A stretch of DNA of 64,000 nucleotides, taken from the NCBI GenBank assembly GCA_035084275.1, contig CM068742.1, positions 129,332,001-129,396,000 of the forward strand, given 5' to 3'. The position numbers and the translations under genes were made by a program. Below, piece after piece: positions 12,823 to 25,760 of this stretch; position 1 is the stretch's first letter, and every line of letters begins with the position of its first letter. Source of the stretch: Hydrolagus colliei. Its lineage: Eukaryota. Below the pieces are notes generated by a model. That model had not been told where the DNA came from, made no database searches, and was given only the letters and a program-made list of their open reading frames with translations.

Positions 12823-12915
12823 AAGCCGTGATTTAACCCTTTTTGGCAGTTCTTCATTTAAAGTGTAAACATCATCTCGCTTGACGACAAACTGGGAGCC
12901 ATCTTCAAACTCCAC
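12823..12915 (-). CDS. KDM4C: KDM4C penultimate exon ([31 protein letters not shown])
   Basis: 93 bp, phase 0/0. Acceptor tttag, donor gtaagt. Matches the end of the KDM4 Tudor domain. Confidence 0.95.
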
Positions 12916-14029
12916 CTAAAGAACAGTGTTAAATGGATGAGGCTGAGCAAAATGATCGTGGTAAACCAGAACTCCAGAAAAACAGATGACAGATATACAA
13001 GCAAAGCAATCCAATGTTACTAATTCACATTTGCTCCCAGAACACAGAACTCCTGAAACAAACCCAATTCTTATTTGAGATTACATTTGAGCTGACAATC
13101 AGAACTGTAACATCGATTTATATTTTGAGTTTGCTAGCTGGCGGAGTCTATAATGAGAAGTGCCAGATTTCCTGGCGCCAATCATAGCCAGAACAGCTTC
13201 TGGCATCACATCTCCTGTTGCCTCTGCAGCAAATTGCTCCATCACCTAAATGAAAAGGGTCGGTGCCAATGTAAAAGACACTCACTCTGAGGCCTTTCAG
13301 ACAGTTCCTTCCCCACAACCCAATCACTGTTACCTGAATAACAGCCTTGACAAAAAGACCAAGGGTGAGATTACCTGATAATTAAGACAATCAACCACCC
13401 TCTCTTACTCTAATTTGGTATCAGTCAAATAGGAAAATAACTTTTGAAAAAGTCTTGTGAATGAACAAAAGTGTTTAACATACCAATTCTCATTAAATGC
13501 ACCAATTATATAATGCCACCTTGCATTCTAACCACAGGTTTTAAATGTATTAGCAGCAGCTGTACTTTGAGAGCAACAAATCTCTAATATCACCTCTGCG
13601 TTTCATCCCTCCAGATTTCTAATATAAAAGTAGCTGAATATGCCTTGGTACTAATGCATTAAAATTGGTTAATCGCTGCTCACGAACAGCCTGCCAATTT
13701 AAATGTTAAGTCCTGTAACATTGGTCACTCCGGCAAGTGAAGGGAGTAAATTGGCTTGATTTTTAATTAGAAGTGGAGCATATGCACATTGTTTGCTTGG
13801 CTCAAGCTATGTCATCTGCTGTACAAAAAGTGAAATTCAAATGGAGAGCCAGAAATATGTATTTGTAGAATTAATCTTTCAGAATCATCTGGTTATGTGA
13901 AAATCAAAGCAAAGGAAAGATACTTTCTTTATCACATCAATGTCTCACAAAGCTTCACAGTTCATTTTTTCCTGTGACTGATTTGTTATAGATAGATGTA
14001 CTAGCCATTTGCATCAAGAAGGCCACAAG

Positions 14030-14359
14030 CAGAGCTGCCAATCTTTTTTAACAAAACAAAGTACTCCTGAAAGCTAAAAACAGTATTTTGTAGTAAAAAA
14101 AAAGTATTTTCCCCAGGAGGGGGGTCCCTACTGTGTTTCCGTATATGAAACAAATAGTTCCCAGTGATGCCTTGCACCTAGCCTAGTGCTAACATTTACA
14201 GTGTACCAGCGACGGCATAAGGTAGGTAGCACTGCTATTGAAGGCAGGGAGAGAGAGTTAAAGAGAAAGAGACTGAGACAGAGAGAGTGACTGTGAGTGA
14301 GATTGTGACAGAGAGACACTCAAACAGAGAGAGAGAAATAGATACAGAGAGACTGGGAC

Positions 14360-14405
<46 letters not shown>

Positions 14406-14465
14406 ACCGAGACAGACAGAGAGGGAAAGAGACTGGGACAGAGAGAGACAGAGAAAGGGAAAGAG

Positions 14466-14504
<39 letters not shown>

Positions 14505-14555
14505 GAGACTGAGAGAGAGAGACTGAGAAAGAGGGAGACAGACAGACAGACAGAC

Positions 14556-14590
<35 letters not shown>

Positions 14591-14705
14591 ATGGAACATA
14601 TTCGGATTTTCCAAAAAATGTATTTTACCAAGAAAAATCGTACTGCCGTATTTACTTCAATTTACCGTACTAAATACAGCAAAAACTTACTGGTTGGCAG
14701 TTCTG
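14030..14705. mobile_element. Non-autonomous TIR DNA transposon with 6-bp TSD (cacaag), inside an old DeuSINE (about 13910-14900, minus)
   Basis: CAGAGCTGCCAA...TTGGCAGTTCTG termini; cacaag at 14024-14029 and 14706-14711. Confidence 0.8.
14248..14587 (+). repeat. (GA)n/(GACA)n compound microsatellite
   Basis: Directly visible. Confidence 0.97.
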
Positions 14706-15739
14706 CACAAGCAACCATGAGATGAATGCCCCAATTAAATGAAGAATTGTGGCCAGGACTCCAAGAAAAAATTATCTTCTGTTTTCAAATAGTGTTATGG
14801 AATCTTTAATATCCATCTGGAGAATGGGCCATATCTGAAAGACGGCATCTCTAACATTGCACCACCTCCCCAGTCTAACACCCAAATGTCAGGCTAGTCT
14901 GTGAACACAACGCCTGAGGTGAAGTGAGTAGAAAGGGGAAGCAGCAAATCAGCTGAGAGTGGGTGAGGCTGTGGAATGTCACAAAGTACTATTTATTATT
15001 GATTTGATGAATTTTTTTGTTGCAGATGAGTCGAGTGCAACAATGTCTGACACCATTAATTTTCTCGTCACTCCATCCATGTTACGGAAGATGAGGCACT
15101 GAACATAGTGACAGATCATCATTATCTGCCATGAAAATTATGGCACTCACACACCCTGATCTTCTGGACGACTAAATTCAGTTAAATACTTATACCAAAT
15201 ACAATTAGCTACTGCTAAATACGATTATTATCATTCTTTCATTTATTCTTGAGTTGTTGGTCATTGCACTGCAGAAAAAAAACATAGGGGAACAGGACTT
15301 TGTGAAACCACGCAAAGGCTGAGAGAGAGAAAAATAATTGCAAGGTGGCAATTGGGTTAAATTGTTATAAGAATCATCCAGAGATGAGGCTTGTGTCTCA
15401 GGGAACAGAGAAAAAAAGGTTTGCATACTGGTGAGAGAAGCCACAATAAAATGGTTTCTCTTTACATGAGTCCATTAGATACATTTGATTTCAGTAACCC
15501 AGAGAAATAGGGAAAATGGATAAAGCGATTTGAAAGATTTAGAATTGCTTCGAGGCAGAATAGAAAAGATGATCAAAATCAGATTAATACTTTGCTACAT
15601 TCAATGAGAAAGGAAGCCAAATATATTGTTTGCTGTTCTCAACTGTACGAGGATAAATGAGAAAACTATAGAGCTGTATGAGGGGAATAGAAAGGCATTT
15701 TACTAAATGTAGCAACTGGATTTTGAAAGTGAGACATTC

Positions 15740-16810
15740 AACAACAACAAAATTACACTTGTATAGCGCCTTTCACGTCAGGAGGACTTCCCAAGGCGCT
15801 GCACAGTCACTGCTTCAGACCAGAGCTAAGGACAAGGGGAGGGGGGGAAGGTGGGGATTAGGAGTTGCCGATAGTTCCAAGAAGAGGAGAGACTTGAGGC
15901 GAGACTTGAAGGAGGCAGGGAGGGGGCGAGGCGGAGGGACTGCGGGCTGGAGTTCCAGAGGTTGGGGGCAGAGTGGCTAAAGGCTCATCTGCCAATGGTG
16001 GGGCGGATGGATCGGGTACATGGAGCAGGCTGGAGCCTGCTGAGCGGAGAGGGCGGGCAGGTTGGTAAGGGGATAGAAGGTCATGGATGTAGGGTGGGAT
16101 GAGAGTGTGGAGGGCTTTAAATGTGAGGACCCGGATCTTGAATTAGATCCTCTGGATGATGAGGAGCCAATAAAGTCAGCGAGGATAGGAGAGATGGGGT
16201 CGCAGAGTTTGGAACGGTAGAGGACACGGGCCGCAGAGTTCTGGATTATCTGCAGCCTGTGGAGGGAGGAATTGGGAAGGCCGACAAGCAGTGCATTTGC
16301 ATAGTTGAGCCAAGATGTAATGAAGGCATGAATGAGGGTTTCAGCAACTTTGGGGGTCAGGTAGTGGCAGAGTCGGGCAATGTTGCGGAGATGGGGAAAC
16401 GAGAATGGAATGGTCAACAGTGTCGAAGTTGGCGGAGAGATCTTGAAGGACATGGAGGCAGAGAGAGCTCAGGGCACAGATGTTTAGAAAGTCATTAGAG
16501 ACTTTGACCAGGGCTGTATCCATGCTGTGGGTAGCACGGAAGCCAGATTGAAGGGGTTTGAGGAGGGAGTGGCGAGAGAGAAGGGAGTGAAGCTGGGAAG
16601 CAACAACTCGTTCCAGGGCCTTGGAGAGGAATGGGAGGTTGGAGATGGGGCGATAGCTGGAGAGTAGGGATGTGTCGAGAGAAGGTTTTTTCAGATGGGA
16701 TTGATGGCAGCAGTTTTCAGAGGAGTGAAGACAGTGCCGGCGGATAACGAGAGGTTGATCACATCAGTTAGGAGGGGGACTAGGAGATGGAACTGGGAGA
16801 TGAGGAGCGA
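15740..16810 (-). mobile_element. L2 LINE fragment with internal deletions
   Basis: DTALVKVSND, DLSANFDTVDH, HLRNIARL; 3' hairpin and (TTG)n tail. Confidence 0.9.
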
Positions 16811-17150
16811 GGGACAACCAAAAAAAATAGCATGGATGAATCCTGGCCATGGTATGCTCATGAAGGCCCTTGAGCACAGTGTACTGGGGCTATGTATAAG
16901 TGGGAGAGGCTCTGAATAAAACGGGAACACCACATTCCAGTGAGATAAAATGAGGCTAACAAGTAGCAAGACTAATCAAGCAGCAGCTAGTACAGACAAC
17001 AAACACTGACCAGGTGAAAATGTGAATGTGAGCTGACCCTGAGCTGAACAATACACTTTATTGAAAGAGAGAAGCAGAACCTGTTAGGAATTTCTGGTAC
17101 ATGTCAGGCGTTATATCTTGCTGGTGATGTAGTACTACTACTACTACTAC

Positions 17151-17460
17151 TAATAATAATCCTTGTATTTGATAAAGCGGCATAAAACGTCTTTGAGAGG
17201 TCTGAAAGCGCTCACAGAATATACCGTAAAGTGAATTGACTATATTTTGTGGGCAAAACGTGGCAAATAATTGCACACTGCAGTGTCCCACAAACAGTCA
17301 TGGATTGAAGTAACCAATTTAAAATATATGGTTTTTGAAGGAATTATTAGCCCGAGAAAAGTGATCCGCCAATTGACTAACAACCGGGTTCCGACTTACC
17401 GCTAAACCCATGTCTCTCGCCTGAGAGGCGAGTGCTATAATTACCGAAATACAGGACTCC
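17151..17460 (-). mobile_element. tRNA-derived SINE, with (TAC)n at 17132-17151 next to its tail
   Basis: Tail aataatccttgtatttgat and head acaggactcc. Confidence 0.85.
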
Positions 17461-18119
17461 ACTGGGGAGCTCCAGGACTCAAAATGTGATCTTAAATTAG
17501 AAATGTTAATCCTACAACTGTTGACAATATTATTGATTGACACATTGGTTGTTGACAACATTTTAGAAAGACCTCAGGAAGAATAGAATAGAATATTGTG
17601 TTTCTGGGGATGATAGAAAAGAACTGATTCCTGAAAATGGGAAAAGAGGGGCCAACGCGAAGAGATTGAGGAAGGGAGTTCCAGAGCCTCGGTGCATAGT
17701 GGCTGAAGGCACTAAGGCAATCATATTTTTTAACACATATGATTCCTTGTATTAAGAGATCAACCAGCATAAAATTTTAACTACCCACATATATATTTTT
17801 TACAACGTGCATAATCTTATAAAATTATCCGCTCAAAGCAGGTTTCAATTATAAATTAATTTAGTGGCCTCTTGAAAGCTATATCGTGCAAATAATCAAA
17901 GAACATGCTCTCGCCTTGTTGATTCTATCTTGGATAGAATCCGGGGGCTTCTGATTCTATCATGGATAGATTCAGTCAGAAAGAAATATAGAATAAATGA
18001 GGAAGCAAAAGATGGAACAGTAAATAAGAATAGAACATAATATGACAATGAATAAAAGGCAAAAAAGTAAACGATTTAAATATATTTTCACAAAATTGTG
18101 TATGCAAATTGCTTCTTAC

Positions 18120-18239
18120 CTGGTACATGTAAATTATGTTTGATGCCACATATTTTGCACCATACAGCAGTCCATCGGTCCACCTCACCTGGACAACCTC
18201 TCCTTCGGCAGGGGGACCCAGCTCTAAGCAATTCTTGCT
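18120..18239 (-). CDS. KDM4C: KDM4C exon, Tudor domain part 2 ([40 protein letters not shown])
   Basis: 120 bp, phase 0/0. Acceptor tctttctccag, donor gtaaga. [11 protein letters not shown] motif of KDM4A/C. Confidence 0.95.
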
Positions 18240-18317
18240 CTGGAGAAAGATAAAACTTATTGAGACATGTCAGCTACAATAGTTAGTACAAAGAGAATTC
18301 TGGTCAAAGTTAGACTA

Positions 18318-18740
18318 ATAAATAATAATAATCATAATCCTTGCATTTGATATTGTGCCATATCATGTCTTTGAGACGTCTTAAAGCCCTGTGAATTGAG
18401 TGTATTGTAGCTGTCAAAGTGAATTGACTGTATATTTTGAGGGCAAAATGTGGCAGCCAATTGCGTTTAGCACCATCCCACAAACATCCATTGAATTATT
18501 ACCTCTGGAAAAGCGATCCACTAATTGACTAACTACCAGGTTCCTACTTACTGCAGACTGTTCAGCGCTTTGGGATGTCCTCCTGACATGAAAGGCGCTA
18601 TATCAGTGCAATTTTGTTGTTGTTATTGTACTAGGTAAACAGAGGCGTGTGGAGTAAGGAAACTTGCCTAACATGTCATCCTGCCCGGGAATCGAACCCA
18701 GATCTCTTGCTTGCGAGGCGAGTGCTCAAACCACTGCGCT
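18318..18740 (-). mobile_element. tRNA-derived SINE containing an oppositely oriented L2 tail (about 18555-18630)
   Basis: SINE motif ttcctacttactgc|ctaggtaaac is interrupted by an L2 hairpin and (TTG)n. Confidence 0.87.
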
Positions 18741-18818
18741 TCAAGTATGATAAAACAATAATACTGTATAAATATTGTATATACTAAAAAAGCATTAGCA
18801 CACAATGCTGCACCCGTC

Positions 18819-19472
18819 CAGAGCTGCCAACCTTCAAGGAATATTTTCAGGAAGGTTGAAGTAATTTTGCAGTAAGGTTTGTTACATTTTCAGGAAGGAT
18901 TTTGTTATTGCCTCTATCACTTCAGTATCAGCCAATAGTTAAGCCAGGGCTCGACATTAACAGGCATCCAGGCACCCTGGACACCTTAATTGTGCGTGTC
19001 CGCGATTTACATCCGTGGTTTAAATTTTCAAGTTTCACTCCTCCAAACAAGGGACCGCATTCATCCGCATATTGGTGTCTATTCATCCGCTCTGTGGTTC
19101 CCGCCAATCAGCATCTTTACTACTCCACGTGGTCTAGCTGCACTCGTGGATCTACAGGTGCTGTGTGTGTGTGCGAACAGCTAGAGTACAGCACTCGGAC
19201 CCAGTTGCTATGTTGCAATCAACCAGCGACAACGCTTCTCTCTTAGGATTAAGGTAAACACAATGCTTCTCTCTATAGTATTTCACTTTCTCTTCTCCAT
19301 TAAACTGATTTCTTCCATCCTTCTCCTACTAAACATAGGTAGTGCAAGGTGGATTTAGCTTAAATTATGAAATGACAAAAAATCAGAAGTTATTTATCTG
19401 GGATCGGGAGGGCGGAAGGGAGCATGTAAAAGCGGAAGGCTTCCGCAAAAATCGGGAGGGTTGGCAGCTCTG
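18819..19472. mobile_element. Non-autonomous TIR DNA transposon with 6-bp TSD (cccgtc)
   Basis: Perfect 14-bp TIR CAGAGCTGCCAACC; cccgtc at 18813-18818 and 19473-19478. Confidence 0.85.
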
Positions 19473-20387
19473 CCCGTCCACAAACAAAAACGAGAAATGG
19501 ATCAGGAGAATTTTGTAAATGGAAATTGAAAATGTGGGGGGGGGGGGGGAGCTGAGGCAAAGAAAATGAGAATATCAAAATTGAACTACATTTATAAATT
19601 CCGTTTCATAAAATAAGCCTATACCCAATGATAAGAAGCCTACCATTGATTCAATCTTCTTATACTAGTAGAAAGTACGTGAGTAATACAAAATAGCAGA
19701 GATGATCTCTAAAGACTTGTATCTTCAAGTGAATTCAGAGCATACCAGTTCCAAAGTCCTCCTGAGCATACAGATTTAGATAATGTTCTTTCATGTAAAC
19801 ATGAAGATTATTCCTGGTACAGATTTACATTATCCTCTAGAAATACCATGCATACAGACTCAATATATCACCATCAAGAGTGCAAACTAGCTCTAATTTT
19901 CCCTGGTTGACCTTGCTTAGCAAAAGAATGAAACAAGGATGTCCTATGTCCATAAAATAAACAATATTTATTTTCAACGGAAGCAACAGGAGAATAAACC
20001 TTCAGGCGTTATTTTTAGAGACTAATAAATCCCCAAATAACTGTTGACAAAAGTGACAGCCTTAATTGCACGCACAAAAGTTCACCCATCAAAGTAAGGA
20101 GTTCACCACTCCTGCACACTTATATGAGGATCATTAAAATACTGGGATGAAAAATGTAACATTTAATGACATAATTATCACTGGAATATTATAATCATCT
20201 GAAAAATAAAAGTGCCTCAACATAAGGAAAACACTGATGCTCTCAAAACTGGAAGCAAACAAAACCTTACTGAAATAATTGCAGTTGCTTTCTGCTTGCC
20301 CACCAATGTGACGTTCAAATTGTCTGATTGGTCAGGGTTGAGCAGACTTTAGATGCAACAATGGACATATTCACACAGTTCATTATT

Positions 20388-20689
20388 CTAATAATCCTTA
20401 CATTTGATATAGGATAATCATTGTTAAGATGTCTCAAAAAGCTTCACAGAATATACTGTAAAATGAATTGACAGTATATTTGTGAACGACATGTGGCAGT
20501 CAATTGCGTATAGCAGTGTCCCACAAACAGTCATGGATTGAATTGACCAATTTATTATTTTTTTGTGTGAGTGATTATTATTAGGCATATGGAGTAAGGA
20601 AACTTGCCCAAGGTTTCGCTCTGCCTGGAATCGAACCCAGATCTCTTGCTTGTAAGGCGAGTGTTCCAACCACTGAGCTACAGGACTCC
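20388..20689 (-). mobile_element. tRNA-derived SINE, full length
   Basis: Head cactgagctacaggactcc, body and tail present. Confidence 0.9.
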
Positions 20690-21527
20690 ACAAAAAATGT
20701 GTATTTTGTGGGTGAAATACACTAGCCAGAATGTGTATTTTGTGGGTGAAATATGGTAGTCAATTATGCACAGTAGTGTCCCACAAACAGATCATTGAAC
20801 AATCAGATCTAGCTTTCCTTCATCAACTCTTTGCTTCCCTTCCAACAACTAAAGCATGTTTGAGAAGGAAACGACAATCTTACGAAAGCAATTTAATTTC
20901 AATTATGGGGATTTAAAAACAATTTGCCCATCCGTGCATTCTGTGACAGTGAAAAACGACATCTTATACACCATTGTCGCTGAGTGTTGATCAAAAGCAG
21001 CCATTCGAGAGACTTTCATCTGCACATCCAAACAGAGCTGAGCAAATTGAAAATAGACTGGATTTTGATTGCAGGTAGCACCTTGTTAAGCCAATGTAGC
21101 TCAGCAACCACAAATTTACTCGGCAACAAAAAAAACACATGACAAATGTTGGCATCAACTCAAAAAGTATTTTAGCAAGGTATGCATCTGGCCTGTGGGC
21201 ACTGAAGTACAAAACTTCTTGTTACCATTTACAACAATAAGATGAACGATGTCTGTCTGGCGTTGCAGAATACCAGAGCCGGGCATGAAGTAAAAAGTCA
21301 CTGCAATATAATACAAAGATTGAGGAAGCAAACGTGCCCTTCAGCTGCATGCCCAATTTAAAAAAGAAAAGTGTTGTAAAATTATAAAGACAGAATCAAG
21401 TAATTTGGGGGGTTGGGAAAAACACATTTATTAAAGTAACTCTACTTGGATAATGCATACAAGCTTTTGATTTCATCTCCACCTCCTTTAACATACAGGA
21501 TGCAACACACAGCAGTAGCAATCCCTT

Positions 21528-21930
21528 ATAATAAGAACATAAGAATTGGGAGCAGAATTAGGCCATTCAGCCTCTCGAGCCTGCCCTGCCGTTCAATAAG
21601 ATCATGGCTGATCTATTCTAACTACACCTACCCGCCTTATGCCCATATCCCTTAATCCCTTTATCCATAAGAAATGTCTTGAATATGTTCAACGACTGAG
21701 CATCTACAGTCCATTGGGGTACAGAATTCCATAAATTCACTACCCTCTGAGTGAAGAAGTTTTTTCTCAACTCAGTGCAAAAGGGCTGACCCCTAATTTT
21801 AAGACTGTGACCCCTGGTTATAATTTCTCCAACCAGGGAAAACATTCTCCCACTATCTACTCTGTCTTGCCCCTTAATAATCTGATAGGTTTCTACAAGA
21901 TAACCTCTGATCTTCTATATTCTAGAATAT
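21528..21930 (-). mobile_element. CR1 LINE 3' fragment
   Basis: ORF TRGHSLKI...RKNFFTQRVVNLWNS plus (TTCTTATG)n tail. Confidence 0.9.
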
Positions 21931-24084
21931 CTGCTAACAAAGCACTATTTATTGTTTAAGAATATTAGAATATATATATGTATATAAAGTAAACTTGCCA
22001 CTTTTATTTTGAAAGGGTCTCTTTGTTAATGAGTAAACAGAATTGACATAATACATGCACCCTACAAATTTACATAAAGTCTTTTATGTCAGGAGAACTT
22101 CCCAAGATGCTTGGCATTGTTAGCTTGGCATTTCAACTGTGGGAAACAAGGGCTAATAGGGCAGCGGAAAGATGATAGACGATGTAGTGAAAGATCAAGG
22201 TCTGGAGAGGTGACACATTCAGGAATGAACAGGAGTGAAAAGGCCTCATTCCATTCCCTACTGACCCATATACACATGCACAATTTTGCTGCTGATTCAA
22301 CACTGGTAGCACACCACAAATACTTTCTTTCATTATGAGTCACACAAAAAAAAATCTAACATATCAATCTAACATTTTCAATCTTTCAGCAAACGAGAAA
22401 GACTGTACTTTTGTTTTGGCAAGTACAAGTTGACAACAGCCATTGTCCCTTCTTGGTAAGATAATACAACTTGAATATTGGCCTGGAAACAACCTGGATT
22501 CTTTTACGTTGGGTTGTACATTGCTCCGCTGCTCATGACGCCTGATGGTATGACGCACAGCTTTTCATGGAAGCCAACGAGTTGATGCTGAGCTAATCAG
22601 AAAATCAAAGACATTCAGTTTCGATGGCAATGTGATGGAAGAATGACAGGTGTTCTATCCTCCGCTAAATTGCCTGCCACCACTTGACACTGCTGTTCAT
22701 CTACATGCGTGCAAAGTCATATGTTAGACTTGTACACACAGGAGAACCGCACAGTTAAGAGGAAGATGCATGGTAAAGATGACCAAGCTAAAACAAATGA
22801 GGTGCATCTAGTGTGCTGATCTGAACATGCTAGTGCTCAAACAAACTGGACCATCCTTGTAAATGTGACAGAAAAGGAATCAGTACCCATCAGTTCCGTA
22901 TGTTCATCCAGGCAAAAATTTATTTCCCCTACACAGCCTTAGATAGGAAATGAGATAGGCAGAGTTAGAGAAACTCAATGAAGAGAGTTGTGAATGATCG
23001 AGCGAGCAAAGGTCAGAGTGAAAGAAAAAAAGTCAGAGCAAGAGAGAGAGAAGGGATGCAAAGTGACAGTACAGCGCCAGATGGAACAATGTTTTAGTTA
23101 GGCAATTTATATTTTGCATCATGTCCATTTATACGCAATGTTTGCTTATCCAAAATGGGGCTGATCCCAATTAGTGCAGATTGGGCTCAACACAGCATAT
23201 TCTGGCAGTCATCTGTTCAATATTCTTTTGTTGTTAACTGTATAAAATATAGAACTAGGAAGCAGAGTTTGATTCATACAGTCTAACATGAGGTTTAAAT
23301 GTAGAAAATTACAATGTTCTGATTCAGCGTTAGATCTCTGCCCTCTGTTCCTTAAAGCCAATGGTTATAAAGTCAACCTGCGACATTTGACTGCTAGTTC
23401 ATGGCTCACTTTGAACTTTTGTTTAGTAGAAAGCCACTATCCTGCTTACCAAGTACTGGTTAGTCCCTCACTATCGAGAGGATCCTGGTTTGATTCTTAA
23501 GCGAGGCGAAACGTTCAGCAACTTTCCTTACTCCAATACCTCTGTTAAGCTAGCTATTAAATAGAAACCCAGTTGCAATTGGCTGATCAGTTTCCATTAA
23601 AAAATTGTGGCCACTCAATCCATGACTGTTTGAGGGACACTGTTTTGAGACATCTCATAGCATGATAAGATATATGGTATCAAATGCAAGAATTATTATT
23701 ATATTATTAAATGCCTGAATTCTCAAATCTCCATACCAGTGCAAATTACAGTACAGTACTTAGGAAATGCAAACAGGTATTTTCATTATGCAAAAAGTTA
23801 CAATAGATTAATTGCTTATGCTAATAGAACTAATTTACTTATTTAGATAAGTCACTGCCTATAAACACAAAAAAATCTTATCTGTACCAAACCTGGAGAG
23901 TAAATTTGATATGCTAAAAGGGAATATTTTGATTAATTAGACATAAATTGCAAATGCAAATCAGGTTAAATAGTTCATTTTCACCTGTAACTCAAATCCC
24001 ATAAATCCAAATCCAAACATGCCACACTGAGAAGGAGTGTTTGGATATATTTTAATAGTACGGTAATTAGGCTTAACTTAGATA

Positions 24085-24640
24085 TGTATTAAAACTACTC
24101 TTTTGCGCTTCTCACCTTTGCTGGTAGATGCTGCGCTTGAAGCCATGATGCTGCGGTTGAGGTTTATAGTCCAGTGATTCTTTTTAAAATGGAGCACGCC
24201 AAGCGGATGACAAAAACGGAGCGCGACTTTAAAGCCATATAAGCGGCAAGCCGATAATGCTAGCCGATAACCCACATTGTCGCGCAGGTGCAGTATTTCG
24301 ATTTGCTAGAATATAGGGTTATCGGCTGGCCGCTATTAAAATCGTGCAACTTTAAAACCTTGCTGCCGTTTTTTTCACCCGGTTCGCGTCCTCCATTTAA
24401 AAAAGAATCATTGGAGTGTAAACCTCAATCAGTAAAGGTGAGAAGTGCAAGAGAGTAGTATTAACAATAAGTACCAATACAATATTCTGTTATTATCTAG
24501 TCTGGTGTGTATGGTGTGTGTTAAAAGAACTTTAATTTTTTGCGGGGGTGTTTTCGGCCGTGGGCCGCCCGAATATCCGACAGGTGCTTTAACCGGCATT
24601 GGCCAGGTCCTGCGGGTGCCGGATAAACGGGCTTTTACTG
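24085..24640. mobile_element. Tigger/pogo-like non-autonomous element; left TIR not found
   Basis: Right TIR ggataaacgggcttttactg followed by TA; transposase-like N-terminus MASSAASTSKGEKRKRVVL; homologous to 59591-60297. Confidence 0.75.
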
Positions 24641-25544
24641 TAACATGAAACCCCCCCAAAAACACTTTTGAAATATGGTGTTTAAATTTAGTAGGTTAAT
24701 AGTACTGTTTGTATCTGGAACTACTGTGGTGTCAGTGGGTTCAACTACAGTGTTATAGCAACCAGGGCTACAAAATTATGTGCTTGTCAGTCAGTATTTT
24801 CTCATTCAAAGTAGACATGTGAAGAATGATGTCTACTTTCAAAACATAACCTTTATACCTGACACATGAATTCATCAATGTGGTAACTGGTATATCAATG
24901 CTATCCCAATCTGGTAAATCAGACCTAAGTTCATTTGGCAATCTTTCGTTTGCAACAGTATTAACATTAATACTGTCACAAGACAATATGTCACCATTTC
25001 AGCTGATGACCGAAGTATAGGACTAATTTTTTTTGAAATAAAAGTAATAAATTCAATAATATTACCTTGAATGGATGTTTCACTATAATGTACTTGTCCA
25101 CCTACGTAACTGAGCCAGATTGTGGTAAATCAGACAGTATGAGATCAGGCTTACGAAGTGATAAGGTAGTGATGCACAATGAAACGAGAGCTATAGATAT
25201 TTTTAACATTTCAAAGAAAATGTTACTTGTATAATATTTGTCAATCCACAACACAGTTTAGATTCTATAGATCCTTTATTTGAACAGTACATTTCCACTC
25301 TCTCCCAACACTTGCCCAGTCCCTTTCCCAAAATCTTTTATGCTTCCTGCTTGCTTCCTATTAGTCAACATCCGATTGCCAATTACCCTTAAAGCAATAT
25401 GTAACAACTTGGAGGAGAGAGTGATTCGGAGTGTGTTTCCAGTAAAGTATAGTGACTGTGGATTTTGTAAGCAAATGAAGCAGCTAATTGTCACACATCA
25501 ATGTCCTAGAAACATTCATGAAGTGAGTGACAAGAGTTGAAACT

Positions 25545-25760
25545 CCCTACTTTTTGCGAACAGTGCCATGGGTTCTTTAACAGCCACTTGAACGGGCTAA
25601 TAGGACCACGGTTTCACATTTCATCTACAGGATTACACTTGCGACAATGCAGAGATTCCCCCAGGACTGGTGCGTTCTATACCACATGAATTAAAGGTCA
25701 TAAATGTAGGACTTGAACACACAACCTCCTGACTCTTGAGACCAACTGAGGCAGGCTGGC
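25545..25760 (-). mobile_element. Old Deu-domain SINE
   Basis: aactcccctacttttt...cagtgccatgggttctttaac...accaactgag. Confidence 0.6.

Noticed and set aside
14128-14631. SLSLSL and RERERE ORFs
   Set aside because: Translations of the (GA)n microsatellite.
12823-18239. Calling the gene KDM4A from the Tudor sequence
   Set aside because: The PHD2 exon and the C-terminal exon are KDM4C-like; the KDM4A-like Tudor residues are better explained as ancestral.
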